Assembly (NCBI GenBank): GCA_023205875.1
Contig: CP060754.1
Coordinates: forward strand, 1,054,001-1,118,000
DNA from: Chloropicon primus
Lineage: Eukaryota
Length of the DNA stretch: 64,000 nt
Reading direction: 5' to 3'
Part shown: one piece after another, positions 51,801 to 62,629 of the stretch
Layout of the letters: every line of letters begins with the position of its first letter
How positions within the stretch are numbered: position 1 is the first letter of the stretch
Notes under the pieces: generated by a model
The model's database searches: none
Told to the model about the DNA's origin: nothing
The model's input: only the letters and a program-made list of their open reading frames with translations
Program-made: the position numbers and the translations under genes

Positions 51801-52852
51801 TCCCTTCACTTGCTGCCATCGCGGATGCCCTGCTGGCCCTCCAGCCCTTGCGCATCCCCGTGTTTGCGTTTTCGTGGCTCGAGCTGGTGTCCCACCGATG
51901 CTTCATGCCCAAGCTTCTTCTAGCGACTGGGCAGAACGGGTGGCCGCACTACCAAAAGCTGCTGATCGCGCTCCTGCAGTTCCTGGAGCCCTACTTGAGG
52001 AGCGCCGAGCTCACCGAGTCCATAAGGTTGATCTACAAGGGAACGCTCAGGATGTTGCTGGTGTTGCTCCACGACTTCCCGGAGTTCCTTTGCAAGTACC
52101 ACTTCCAGCTCTGCGACGTCATCCCTGCGAGCTGCATCCAGATGAGGAACTTGATGCTCAGCGCCTTCCCGAGGAACATGAGGCTGCCCGACCCCTTCAC
52201 TCCAAACCTCAAGGTGGACCTCCTGCCCGAGATTTCGGAGTCCCCAAGGATCGTCGTGGACTTCAACGCTTCCCTGATGGGCCTGCAGGTCCCTCTGAAC
52301 ACGTACTTGAGCATGAGGCAGCCCGCGAACTTTTTGTCGGAGCTCCCCCAGCAGCTCCTCTTGCCGCAGGTCGAGGCCCTGAGCACGGGCACCAAGTACA
52401 ACGTGCCCCTGATCAACGCGCTCGTCCTCTACATCGGCATGAACGCCATCCACAAGGGGCAGGCCATTCCGATGGAGATGTTCCAGCAGCTCGTCCTGGA
52501 CCTGGACGCGGAGGGCAGGTACATCCTTTTGAACGCCGTGGCGAACCAGCTGAGGTACCCCAACAGCCACACCCACTACTTCAGCTGCGTCCTCCTCTTC
52601 CTCTTCGCAGAGTCGTCTGTGGAGATCGTGAAGGAGCAAATCACCCGAGTCCTCCTGGAGAGGCTCATCGTGAACAGGCCCCACCCTTGGGGCCTGTTGA
52701 TCACCTTTATCGAGCTCATCAAGAACCCAAGGTACCAGTTCTGGTCCCACGGCTTCACGCGCTGCGCCCCGGAAGTGGAGCGCCTCTTCGAGAACGTGGC
52801 CAGGTCCTGCATTGGTGGCGAGCAGAAGGAAGAGCCAACTAAAGTAACATAA
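45881..52852 (+). CDS. CNOT1: CCR4-NOT scaffold subunit NOT1
   Basis: LAALAARREYLNLEKWL, CMIHNLFDEYRFFPKYP, RSLLKNLGSWLG, AFPRNMRLPDPFTPNLKVDLLPEI and RPHPWGLLITF motifs. Probable 5'UTR intron starting at 45657. Confidence 0.96.
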   Translation: MASLPPVVVADLARQLRSSQQMATPAFGEEEHPLHRVYKTCEDYGVASYTFCFCSLVDTFYGDPGEGVRGTLAAVIDMAHARPFFPELVRAALERQVLTSDRVNPHSLERLCCMLVKHKLAFACALLELKQYTDAVHDIEDIGKLVLLDCIAELDVGFQRGHKHGMWDEFDEELGRLSPLLVHKALVLVSTMDKSHSGVAEATAKLFQIVSSRIMDREEKIYDKLYEISSRPSSYELFSMKKIEDIYTHVWSWKLVKPLVYNYMNKQEVGVAGLQGLQNLKPKTSLSGIMEETGFACTSTAGVFQKITGQVVRTSARSIAHVIGLVSGCGGAKSTQAFVAESPDALALILGSSLSLEGNSGNISSERQGSQQSSSGWNQQVVLEGLRDLGAKHGLDWNEVKYCFDYPNFYVQSEESFVRLLKMCRDLSKEPFPLDAVCGRRWSNTRGQLSLLKYVLALQGKDLDKVFHTRLPQRDGHGKDMVNTPPVTLEGEKDEATVMMERRGGSYWLSTMVLDTLYELGDIHGENKRLVEQILEIPRKECPHHLLITSARCRNNWRLSNLEMVSKIMPPYLNGLPGSMKVLQKIPLYSVIRVMTEEYARDPTSITRALDICQELKALTDVLWGSCYAFRLDLAALAARREYLNLEKWLAEMMLTRDSSLFVTAILDFMGEKFKPADTRSSNQILLSPESAQVFLQFLLKLQDNLSESEQAQLKKIVAQMSSMQTGQENRNAFAADVEDEANANFQSIYSGQQSIRNAIAMLTKLKNSPNERDNEIFACMIHNLFDEYRFFPKYPDKELCITAQLFGELVQNQLVSSVTLSIALRYILDALSKPPAYKMFTFGKNALEQFMTRLHEWPKFCSHLVMIPNIRQSFPALVQYLESTSGGQRQLNRVESADVTGGQGEIQSMADSYASSNILNMLQGNMGSQSFDSHGPMKSSSTSAATAAAAAAAAAAAAVRTSSQGQTGPLIGGESDMVYQSGLNPQMSSANLALPKLDNAMPNVSFTLNAETLETAALNKTYPVPTDAVADKIHFLVNNLSTSNLNQKAEHIKGKVTSEYFPWFSNYMIVKRVAQEPNFHQLYLSLLEKLNSKDLNATLIRTTIDYVKILIKSERIKTQSSDRSLLKNLGSWLGKMTIARDKPVLQKDLDLKQVILEAYEKGKMIAVIPFVHKILEPCKSTKVFGPPNPWVMAICSLCNEIYQMSKLKLNLKFEIEMMFKDLELHSTDVTPSNLVTGRAREVNDNPDFTIDKNAQPIPTAGEVPKLSLGGQRGVDGGEGQRSGGMPLQPGDIAIQGDWVNFVKVTTPTFTAIPGAKRFFANAMDASVREVIAPVVERSVTISCMTVRELVLKDFAYEPDENRVRQAARWMVSALASSLALVTCKEPLRATLTSHIWQMLQRTGIREDTLEQSVNAEVAENLDFCCTVIEMHAIEKAMGSIDEAIQNSCMLRRKHVETRSTTQFVDTTVLQGLIPNLPEALHPSLAGVRSQYRVYEEFVKIQRLITNPNEAAAAAPVVLRGESMKQARPAAPSGMHTAAAAGSNDISGQTETLRALLGQVDKLSMKEGSSDSYAQLQHDSELKNLVQTVFEIIDTKVPVSNIVASEHCAKQIFLSMLQGVANKLRIGIYLAFLEKLSSLVPGLDLKLTEWFGAISEDIWLQRVDLAETMVRRGLLNLKELDRTLSSLIAARRGGPATDFAIHVVRQCIVLEPLAQSNDMALTLEVLAKVAAQGRGGGAGDALAQLVEQAKRSSPVTKFPASSAKDVKGAPQAPAGAVPPSPGVQQQVPDSSGTTFKEPFKLPAGGAKDKNSLHEQVSYILDEWAKISDLPNREKLAAQLLVTLQQSGFLKSDETAEQFFTSLVEISVGHCLSSAEPQPNNQPAVLNFEAVDAFVKLVAFLINRSASESDSVNPAARGMRRASQLFRVLGVVVNIIQKSSKENPSTFNPRPFFRMFIGWYMEILESDVSDEVIMIPSLAAIADALLALQPLRIPVFAFSWLELVSHRCFMPKLLLATGQNGWPHYQKLLIALLQFLEPYLRSAELTESIRLIYKGTLRMLLVLLHDFPEFLCKYHFQLCDVIPASCIQMRNLMLSAFPRNMRLPDPFTPNLKVDLLPEISESPRIVVDFNASLMGLQVPLNTYLSMRQPANFLSELPQQLLLPQVEALSTGTKYNVPLINALVLYIGMNAIHKGQAIPMEMFQQLVLDLDAEGRYILLNAVANQLRYPNSHTHYFSCVLLFLFAESSVEIVKEQITRVLLERLIVNRPHPWGLLITFIELIKNPRYQFWSHGFTRCAPEVERLFENVARSCIGGEQKEEPTKVT

Positions 52853-52942
52853 CATAGTGTATTTGTATTAATATGCAGCATAGAAAAACCTTTCCCCTCA
52901 TCCCACCAACAAAACACACACAAAGGCATGCATTAAGAATAA

Positions 52943-54571
<1,629 letters not shown>

Positions 54572-54738
54572 ATATCGAAAATTCGTTGAGACTTTCGTAC
54601 AAGATTGTTAGGAAACGAGCGTGCCACCCTACCTTCTCTTCTTCCGATCCAACAATAAATAGTTACACTCTCCCGACCCGCCGTGGCCTGCCGCACTCCC
54701 AAACTAGTGGTACACAGAGAAGAAGCAAAAGTTCGGTC

Positions 54739-55743
54739 TCATAGCTCTTCCTTCGTTTCTCTGCTTAAGATTGGCAGCTCCTCGGGCCCCCTTCGCTTCG
54801 CCACTGGCCCTTGCCCTTTCGCGTTGAAGCCAGCGATCGAGCCCGTCAAGTCCATGTCCTTCGTCATGTGAAGGATAAACGTTCCGGATACAATGGTGAT
54901 GAAGCCACTGAACTGCGTCGCGACCTGCCTCGTGGTTTGCTGCTCCTTGAACATGATAGTCGACGCGATGATCACAAGGACCGTGAACATAACATAGTAG
55001 ATGGGCGAGACTATTGCGCTGTTGAACAAGTCCAAAGCCTTGTTCAGGTAGTTTATCTGGATGACCACACAGCAAGCGACGATGACCATGCACAGGTACG
55101 TTGCGGGGTACCCAAACTGGTTGTTTCCCTCGAAGGTCATCTTGATCGCCATCCCAAGGGCCTTGCAGCTGATGACCGACAGGGAGCCAAACAAGGAGCA
55201 TATTCCCACGTTCACGAAAATGTGTGTCTTCCCAAACTTTGGAGCCACCTTGAACATGAGGTAAAGGGCCGCCGACACCGCGCTCAAGGCATACAGCAGG
55301 AAGTCCGGCTGCAAGGCGAGAAGGAGAACCTCGTTCACGCCCGACATCTCCCTCTCCTCCGGCGCGTGCAAGGTAATAGAAACCGAGCCAGCTATGCAAA
55401 GCACGCAGCCCACCATACCGAACACGTTGAGCCGCTCCTGCAAGAAGTGGTGCGCAAGAATGGCACTCACGACGATGCTCAGAGCCCCGAGAGGAGTCAC
55501 TAGAATCGCCGGAGCGAAGGCATACGCCGCGAAGTTGGCCGCTTCTCCCAGTATCATCGATATCATCCCAATCCACCACAGAGGTTCCTTGAGGTAACCA
55601 TACCCTCCCTGTCCCGCCCTTATGCCCGAGGCTCCCGCCTTCTTCAGGCCCTTCTTCTTCACGACGAAGGACGACCCGATGAACGCCGAGCTCGACGCCG
55701 CAAGCACCAGCCCTATGAAGTTGTCTTGCGACTTGTCCGCCAT
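54739..55743 (-). CDS. NIPA-family magnesium transporter
   Basis: GLVLAASSSAFIGSSFVVKKKGL, YLKEPLWWIG, ANFAAYAFAPAILVTPLGALS and QINYLNKALDLF motifs. Confidence 0.93.
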   Translation of the reverse strand: MADKSQDNFIGLVLAASSSAFIGSSFVVKKKGLKKAGASGIRAGQGGYGYLKEPLWWIGMISMILGEAANFAAYAFAPAILVTPLGALSIVVSAILAHHFLQERLNVFGMVGCVLCIAGSVSITLHAPEEREMSGVNEVLLLALQPDFLLYALSAVSAALYLMFKVAPKFGKTHIFVNVGICSLFGSLSVISCKALGMAIKMTFEGNNQFGYPATYLCMVIVACCVVIQINYLNKALDLFNSAIVSPIYYVMFTVLVIIASTIMFKEQQTTRQVATQFSGFITIVSGTFILHMTKDMDLTGSIAGFNAKGQGPVAKRRGPEELPILSRETKEEL

Positions 55744-56082
55744 CTCTCTCCTCTCTTCTTTCCCCTCCGGCTCCAGGACACGAGGAAGCAAGGCAATCAG
55801 GCAATCACATCACATTACACATCAGGAGGAGGGAGGGAGGCAATGACGAGGGCAAGGGCAAGGGCAAGGGCTGGGGGGGGGGGAATGAAGTCGACTCCTC
55901 CGCCACGTTGCCTTCTCACCCTTTGGTCTCGGCGATGAAAAAGACAAACGCAGGGGATTGATCTTCTTGATATTATTGGTTCGTTCCCAAATCCATCCGA
56001 GGACGGAGGAGGAGGAGGGGGCTCGTTTGGTTCGATGGTGTTATTACGTACGCACGCACGCACGCACGATGGTGTGTTTTAT

Positions 56083-57543
56083 TTATCGAAGATATCGCGG
56101 GAGAGGCCTCGCCTTGAACTCCATGTTCTTCCTGAGGTTCCGGATCTCCATCAATTCTGCCTTCTTGCGCTCCTCTTCTTCCTCCCTGCCCTTTTCTTCC
56201 ACCTTCAATCGCCTCAGCCTCTGCTGGTCGTTCCAGTTCTTCCTCTCTGCGGCGCGTGACGCTGATTTGAGCTTCAGCGGGACAGGGATGATCACCCCAG
56301 ACCTTTTCTGCTGGTTCACCTTGACTGGTTTGAAGGGCTGCCTCCTCGTGGTGGTGCACAAGGAAGGGCGGGCCTTGAACTGGGTCGACATTCTTTTCTC
56401 CATGTTCTCCTTTTCTATTCTTGTTTTCTCTATGTTTTTCTGGGCCTTCTCGTGCAAGTGCACGGCCCTGAGGTTGAATGGCTTGGGCTCCGTGGGCGAC
56501 TTGGCCTTCGAGGCCCTGGTGCTCGGGCGCAAGTTGTCGAATGGGTTTGGAACGTTCCTGGCTCTGAACGAGCTCTGGCGTTGCTTCAGCTCCATCTCCT
56601 CCCCTTCAATGATTTTCAAGAGCTCCCTCTTCTTCTTCATCCCCCTCGTCTCCGTCTGAAGCTTGAACGGCTCGAACGAGGTTGTGTGCCTCCTCTTGGC
56701 CTTCGCCTTCGCGATCTTCTTCCTCTGCACCCTGAGAGTTGCCATCTTCTCGCCCGCCTCGGTCGGCTTCCCCTTGGGCCAGCACAGGCCCGCTGCAGCT
56801 CCCATGGACTTGGTTCTCGATCTCGTGTGGAAAGCAGGCGAGGACACGCTGGCTTTCGATGTATTCGAGAGAAGCTTGGACGCCGTGGTGCGCTTGCGGA
56901 CGCCCGCCTTCTTCACCCTCATCCCGCACAACCGGGAGGTCGCGCTGGTCTTGACCCTCTGCCGGGTCAAGAGCCTCTTGCTGGCCCTCGTCTTCGTGGA
57001 GAGCATCGGGCTTTGCGGAACGGTTATGTGCAACCCAGCGTTCGTCGCAGCAGTCTTGCGAGGCTGGGCTCCGAGTCCCCTGCTTTTCGTGCAGGGAGCG
57101 GTGGCCACGGCAACTCTCGCCGCAGACGTGGATGCCAGGCAGTTCGCCCTGCTCTTCTCCTCAGCCGAGGCAATCTCTGGCGCCTTCCCATTCTCAACCT
57201 CCGTCTCCTCGAAGACGCTCTCCTCCTCCTCCGGACCCAGGGCGTTGAAGATTGCGCCCAGACCCTCGCCCTTCGCCTTCGCCTTCGCCTCCGTCTCCTT
57301 CCATTCCTCCTTCGAAGGCGAGGAGGACGCGTAAGTGCAAGCACGAGACCTCGGAGAGGTCAAGTCCGTATCAATGAGCCCCGCATTCAGCTTCGAGAAC
57401 CACTCTTCCGCCTCAAGCTCCTCTCGCTTGCACTTCTCCTGGAGACTATTCGCCCCCGCTTCCGTTTCCTCCGTACGAAAGTCGTGATACCTCGGAGCGC
57501 AGAACTCGTACCTCGGATCTATCGTTCCCTCCTCCCTTCCCAT
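56083..57543 (-). CDS. TPX2: TPX2-family microtubule/spindle protein
   Basis: Plant-type Aurora-binding IDPRYEFCAPRYHDF, ITVPQSPML, EPFKLQTETRG, PKPFNL, and C-terminal LRKNMEFKARPLP. Confidence 0.8.
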   Translation of the reverse strand: MGREEGTIDPRYEFCAPRYHDFRTEETEAGANSLQEKCKREELEAEEWFSKLNAGLIDTDLTSPRSRACTYASSSPSKEEWKETEAKAKAKGEGLGAIFNALGPEEEESVFEETEVENGKAPEIASAEEKSRANCLASTSAARVAVATAPCTKSRGLGAQPRKTAATNAGLHITVPQSPMLSTKTRASKRLLTRQRVKTSATSRLCGMRVKKAGVRKRTTASKLLSNTSKASVSSPAFHTRSRTKSMGAAAGLCWPKGKPTEAGEKMATLRVQRKKIAKAKAKRRHTTSFEPFKLQTETRGMKKKRELLKIIEGEEMELKQRQSSFRARNVPNPFDNLRPSTRASKAKSPTEPKPFNLRAVHLHEKAQKNIEKTRIEKENMEKRMSTQFKARPSLCTTTRRQPFKPVKVNQQKRSGVIIPVPLKLKSASRAAERKNWNDQQRLRRLKVEEKGREEEEERKKAELMEIRNLRKNMEFKARPLPRYLR

Positions 57544-58081
57544 CTCCTCCTCTCCCCCTCAACACCTCTCTCCTCTCTCCTCTCACCTCTCTCTCTCTCT
57601 GCAGCGCCACTCTGCTCTGCTCTGCTCTCAACGTCCCCCTCAACGAATCCATCGGCAGAATAGTGTAAACGGCCATCCACACCTAAAGCAGAAGGAGACC
57701 GTCCCCAGGGGTCCACTGGGGGGCCATTGGATGCGGTTTCGTTCGGGATCCACCTCCACGACGTCTCCAAGTTCTCTCTCTCTCTCTCTCTCTTGTCCAC
57801 CACACCCTGCCTCTCTCCTGCAGCGCTGGTCCTTGTCCTCGTCCTTGGTCGGTGTGTCACCGCTTCCCCCTGGCTGGCGTCACCTTGGGCGGAAGGAGGC
57901 CGAGATGGAGGGTTCCATCGGAAGTTCACGAGGCTACATTTCACTCTGAATCTCTCACAATTGCGCCTTGGCCTTCCAACTCGTCCTCCAACTCGACTCG
58001 TCCTCCATGCCCCTCCTCCCTCATCTTCTTCCTCTCTCTCGAGGATTTTCCCCAGGAGCAAGAGAGAGAGAGGAGAGGCAG

Positions 58082-58300
58082 ATGGAGGCCAAGACGGAGG
58101 GAGACTTGTTGTGCGAGAGGAAGTGCAAGAAGCTGGCGTGCGCGATACAAAAGTGCCTGTCACGGAGGAGGCCGAGGTCACAAAAGAGTCGCCAAGTGTA
58201 TCAGAACGAGTGCTTGGGGGAGATTAACAAGCACAAGGAGTGTTGCGAGAAGGCCAAGCGGGAGGTGTTGCACAAAAGGGAGGAGAAGCTAGGTAGCTGA
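58082..58300 (+). CDS. CMC4: CMC4/p8-MTCP1-like small cysteine protein (probable mitochondrial intermembrane space)
   Basis: CKKLACAIQKCL (Cx9C) followed by ECLGEINKHKECC, matching the CMC4 pattern. 72 aa. Confidence 0.72.
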   Translation: MEAKTEGDLLCERKCKKLACAIQKCLSRRRPRSQKSRQVYQNECLGEINKHKECCEKAKREVLHKREEKLGS

Positions 58301-58310
58301 GCCGAAGAAG

Positions 58311-59365
58311 ATGCGTCGCAGGGGGATAGGGATGCACGGGCTGAAGCAGAAGCAGACTGCCAAAACGCACTATCGCCAAGTGGGGGAGCAGCTCGCGAGC
58401 GAGAGGCTGGCCACGATGGAGGAGCAGCTGAGCAAGTTCAGAAAAGTTTTGGAGGACTTTGCCTTCAGGCACAAGGAGGACATCAAGAAGGATCCCATCT
58501 TCAGGAAGCACTTCCACGAAATGTGCGCGTCGATCGGCGTGGATCCCTTGGCGTCCAACAAAGGTGAGTCACTGGCGAAACTCCAAAAACTCCAAAACTC
58601 CTCGTCCTCGTCTCACAACCTCGTTGGGCGCTGCTGCTGACACGCGTTTCGCCTCGACCTGCAGGAATGTGGTCCGAGCTCTTGGGCTTTGGAGACTTTT
58701 ACTACGAGCTTGGCGTGCAGGCGGTCGAGGCCTGCATGGCGGAAAGGCCGCTGAACGGCGGGCTCATGGAGATCGAGGAGCTGGTAGTTCGGGTAAGGTT
58801 TACGGGGTCCTTGGCGGTCGTCCTTTCGACGCGGCGGGCACCGCGCGCGGTTGCCGATCGCTGCAGCATCCCTTCTGACTGCCATTCTTTCCTTCTTGAT
58901 TGGTCTGGGCTGAGCAGGTGAACAAGAGGAGGGGCCACAAGGTCGACGCGGTGAGCAAGGACGACGTCGTGCAAGCGATACGAAAGCTGGGCAAGCTAGG
59001 GAGCGGGTTTAAGCTGCTGAACATCGGGACGAGAACAGTTGTTCAGAGTGTTCCGGGGGAGCTGAACAGGGACCACAATCAGGTCCTGTCCCAAGCGGAG
59101 TCTCAGGGGGGCTGGGTCAGGGGCGTGGACCTTGAGAAGAGCCTTGGCTTCACGCCGGATAGGGTGCAGCAAGCGTTACAGGTAAATCCTTTCCTTTCCG
59201 TCTCCCGCGCTTCTCTTTTTGCTGTCATCAACGCGTGTGTGTGCGCGCGCGCTAACCCGGACCGTAACTCTTTGCGAACAGGCTCTGCTGAATGAGGGGC
59301 AAGCTTGGGTGGACGATGGCCACGAAGACGGTGAGAGAAGGTACTGGTTTCCCTACTTGAGCTGA
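58311..59365 (+). CDS. VPS22: ESCRT-II subunit VPS22/SNF8, join(58311..58563,58665..58792,58918..59181,59282..59365)
   Basis: MRRRGIG, MCASIGVDPLAS, LGFGDFYYEL, VQSVPGELNRDH, AWVD...YWFP. Three GT-AG introns join in frame to give 242 aa. Confidence 0.92.
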
Positions 59366-59584
59366 GAGAGGAGCACAGGGGTGTTCTCGATGGTGAAGCA
59401 AGGGTCGAAGTTCCGCACACCGAGGCGGGTCTTTCACACCACACTCCCTTGAGGCGTTCCGAAAGGACGCACAAACACTTTTTTTCTTGTATTTCGATAT
59501 TTTTATATCTATTGTATGATACACTACACTTTGCAAGTTTTTATGTACACGCCCCCCTACGAACTATGTTGTCGAGTCCCCTGA

Positions 59585-60202
59585 CTAGGCAGACACGACG
59601 GGCCTCGTCCTGAACCGGAACTCCTGGCCTTCCCACTCCCGCTTCCTTTTGTTCCTCTTGATTCTCGAGGATATCTTGAGACCCTTGGAGTAAATCCACT
59701 TCTCGAACGCTTTCGAGGAAGCCTGGGCTCGGACGAAGAGCTCAAGCTCCTCGTTCGACAGCACCTTGGTGTAGTTCTGCCTCTTCTCGTTCGAGCAGAT
59801 GTGCGACGTCGTCAGCATCCCGGTGAACCTGGAAGTGAACGTGTTGAGAAGAAACGCGGACAGGTCCTCGCTTCCGTCCAGGTTCTGCAGTGTGCAGAGC
59901 TTCCTACCCAGCTCGTAGAAGAACTTGCACCTGTCCCTGAGATCCACGCACTCTGCTTCCCCCTGAAGCTCGTCCCGAAGCTTCTTCTTCAGAAACTTTG
60001 GCAGGTGGGGCTTGAGCATCTTCCTCCTCGACAGGAAGTCCGCCAACCAAAACGGCAGGTTCACATTGCTGCCCACGGGAAGGTCCTTGCTGTCGCAGCT
60101 CGGGTCGAGGGCCCTTCCCAGGCCGTACACCGAGGTGTTGAACACCGTCGGAAGCGTCTCCTCCTCCGCCAGGATGTCATCCACGTCGTAATACTTCGCC
60201 AT
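59585..60202 (-). CDS. GINS3: GINS complex subunit PSF3
   Basis: YYDVDDILAEEE, LPFWLA and VDLRDRCKFFYELG motifs. E2F-like TTTGGCGC at 60467. Confidence 0.88.
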   Translation of the reverse strand: MAKYYDVDDILAEEETLPTVFNTSVYGLGRALDPSCDSKDLPVGSNVNLPFWLADFLSRRKMLKPHLPKFLKKKLRDELQGEAECVDLRDRCKFFYELGRKLCTLQNLDGSEDLSAFLLNTFTSRFTGMLTTSHICSNEKRQNYTKVLSNEELELFVRAQASSKAFEKWIYSKGLKISSRIKRNKRKREWEGQEFRFRTRPVVSA

Positions 60203-60703
60203 ACCTCCTCTTCCCCAAATCAATCAATCAATCAATCCCAAATCAATCCCACAACCAATCCAATCGCGGCGGTTTCCTCGTTTCAACGTGACCGATCCGA
60301 CGAGTTCGTGCGTCCCTCCTGCCTCCTCTCTCCTCCTCTTATTGATCCCCCTCCCTCTCCGCGACTTCCTCCGCCTTGGTCCTCGTCCTCGTCCTCGTCC
60401 TCGCCGTCGTCCCTCGTCGCCTCGCCCTCGCCGTCGGCTGCGCCTCTCGAGTTTGAACCCCTTCCCTTTGGCGCCAGCCACCTTCAGTGTAAACATACCG
60501 TACACTCACGGAGGGAACCACAGAAAAAGGAGAGAGAGAAAGGGGATGAAGTGATGGTGTCCCATGATCCTCGTTCTCTTGTCTTGTCTTGTCTTGTCTC
60601 TCTTTCTCAACCCAAAGCAAGAGGCTTGGGGGAAGCTCTGTGTCTTCGTCTTCGTCTTCGTCTTCGTCTTCCCTTCTTGTGTTGGCTGTGTTGGTTGTTG
60701 GTG

Positions 60704-61012
60704 ACTGATGAAGGGAATGCCAGGCTGCTCGGGCTTCCTCTCCTCCATCGTGGGTCGGGAAAGAGAAAGAGAAAGAGAATGGATGGATGGAGAGCCTTGG
60801 GTGGCCGAGGAGGAAGGAAGGAGCTCTGTGTCTTCGTCTTCCCTTTTGTGTTGGGTACTGATTAAGGGAATGCCAGACTGCGTCTGGCTCCTCCATCGTG
60901 TCGGTAAAGTTTGGTTCAGTGGGGTTCACTTTTGTCGCAAAAGGCGGACGAAAGGGATCGAAAGTGACCTTTGGGCCGTACCCTGGTGTCTCCCTACTGA
61001 TTAAGGGAATGC
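60704..61012. repeat. Three copies of ACTGAT[G/T]AAGGGAATGC (60704, 60857, 60996) within a degenerate duplication
   Basis: Copies 1 and 2 also share the flanks CTCTGTGTCTTCGTCTTC, TTGTGTTGG and CTCCTCCATCGTG. Confidence 0.85.
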
Positions 61013-61448
61013 TTGGCTGGCCATGCTGGACGCCAGGGGGATCTTGAGGCTGCTGACGAGGCCAAGGGGAAGACGAAAAAGGAAAGGGAGCGAGCAGAAT
61101 AGGAGGTTAAGCGGTTAAGCGACCCCCCAAACAGGTCCGAACGCTGTCATCGTTGAAAAATTCGTTCGATCCTCTTTCCAAAGACCCCTCACTTGACCCC
61201 GCGGTCTTGCTGTGAGGTAAGCCAAGGTGTACCAAGCTGACAAAACGCTGTTGCCTTGCCTTGGCTGGCCACAACCTTGTAGGAGGTTGTGGTGGATGCC
61301 CGCGCACGCAGGGTAGACACGGGAGGAAGGCCAAGGTGACTGTGTGCCGGGGAGTCGGCATGGCAAGAGGGTTGAAGGGTTGAGGGACAGAGGAAGCAGG
61401 GCATTGGGTTAGGAAATTGATTGACTTTGTCAAGGAGGTGTGACAGGT

Positions 61449-61865
61449 ATGCCCAAGCGAAAAAAAGCGGAAACGACGAGCGCAACAGAAAAGCAAGGGG
61501 AGGCCAAGCCGCTCGATAAAAATGTATTCAAGAAGCTTCTCGAGGAGAAGCCCAAGGGCAAGCAGAGGAAGAACACGAGGAAGACCGCCCCAGACCCCCG
61601 GCTTGACCCGAACATCGACCCCAAGAGGGCCAAGCGAATCATAGCGAACAGGGAGAGCGCGGCCAGGAGCAAGGCGAAGCAGAAGCAGCACCTGGAGAAC
61701 TTGAAGAACATGCACAAGGCCCTCAACCTTCAGAAGACTTCCATCCAGCAGGAAATCGACAGCGTCCACGCGGACGCCAGGAGGGTGGAGAAAGAAAACG
61801 AGGAGCTCCTCAAGCGTCTCCAAGACTATCGGGCGAAGGAAGGCGTGGTGGAGGAAGCATCGTAG
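61449..61865 (+). CDS. Small bZIP transcription factor
   Basis: DPKRAKRIIANRESAARSK basic region followed by a heptad zipper. Probable 5'UTR intron at 61217..61446. Confidence 0.85.
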   Translation: MPKRKKAETTSATEKQGEAKPLDKNVFKKLLEEKPKGKQRKNTRKTAPDPRLDPNIDPKRAKRIIANRESAARSKAKQKQHLENLKNMHKALNLQKTSIQQEIDSVHADARRVEKENEELLKRLQDYRAKEGVVEEAS

Positions 61866-62062
61866 CTGGTCGGGGGGCTCGGCGACGACTCGCTTGCTGC
61901 AGCGACACAAGCTTGCGATGAAGAGAGAGAGACAAGTTTTTTGGTTATTCTTTGAATTCAATTCTTATTCTTTTTTTGCTTTTGTTGTGAAGCGGAGGAG
62001 CCAGAGAGCTTTTGTAAGGTACATTACAGAGGGGTCAGCCAGCCAGCCAGTGGTCTCCTGCT

Positions 62063-62629
62063 TTACATGTTGTACTGAAACGTGCTCTGGTTCTGGACGC
62101 TCCCTCCAAAGACGTTTGCGATGTTGAGGAGCCCCGTTTTCACTCTCACGTGCCCGTTGCAGTCCGGGCAGGTCTGGGTTCCCGCCAGAGCCTTGAACGG
62201 CCTGCTCGGAATGCGGCAAAGCGCGGCCTTCTTCAGGATGTCCTCCACCTCCTCCGCCAAGTGAACCCGGTAGGAACTCGCGTCCTCCAGCTGGTCCGCA
62301 GTCGGAGGGATGTCGAAGGTCCCCCGAGGACCGCTGTAAGGGCACTTGTAGTAGTCCTCCTTCTTCCCCTGCTTGGTCGAAACCTGGTCGTGGAGCGCAG
62401 AGAACGCCGCAGGCCTCCTCCTTAGGGTTCCTGTTCCCCTGCACCTGTTGCACACGATACGCCCTGTCCCATTGCACCTCCTGCAAAAGTTGCTGTTCGT
62501 TCCCAACTGCAGCACAAGCCAAGACTCCCGCACGATGTAGTACACGGAACTCCCCTGAGCGACCGCCTGAATGATCTGGATGATCTCTTTCAATCCAGCA
62601 TTGATCGAACCGTCATTCTTCCCCACCAT
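62063..62629 (-). CDS. DnaJ-type zinc-finger (CxxCxGxG) protein
   Basis: CRRCNGTG, CNRCRGTG and CPDCNGH motifs. No J-domain seen. Confidence 0.75.
   Translation of the reverse strand: MVGKNDGSINAGLKEIIQIIQAVAQGSSVYYIVRESWLVLQLGTNSNFCRRCNGTGRIVCNRCRGTGTLRRRPAAFSALHDQVSTKQGKKEDYYKCPYSGPRGTFDIPPTADQLEDASSYRVHLAEEVEDILKKAALCRIPSRPFKALAGTQTCPDCNGHVRVKTGLLNIANVFGGSVQNQSTFQYNM

Noticed and set aside
60704..60775. Hammerhead ribozyme or C/D snoRNA suggested by CTGATGA...GAAA
   Set aside because: No convincing stems close the core, and the other two copies read CTGATTA.
60704..61012. CRISPR-like array (three repeats with spacers)
   Set aside because: Eukaryotic context, 17-nt repeats, spacers over 120 nt that are partly homologous, and no cas genes.
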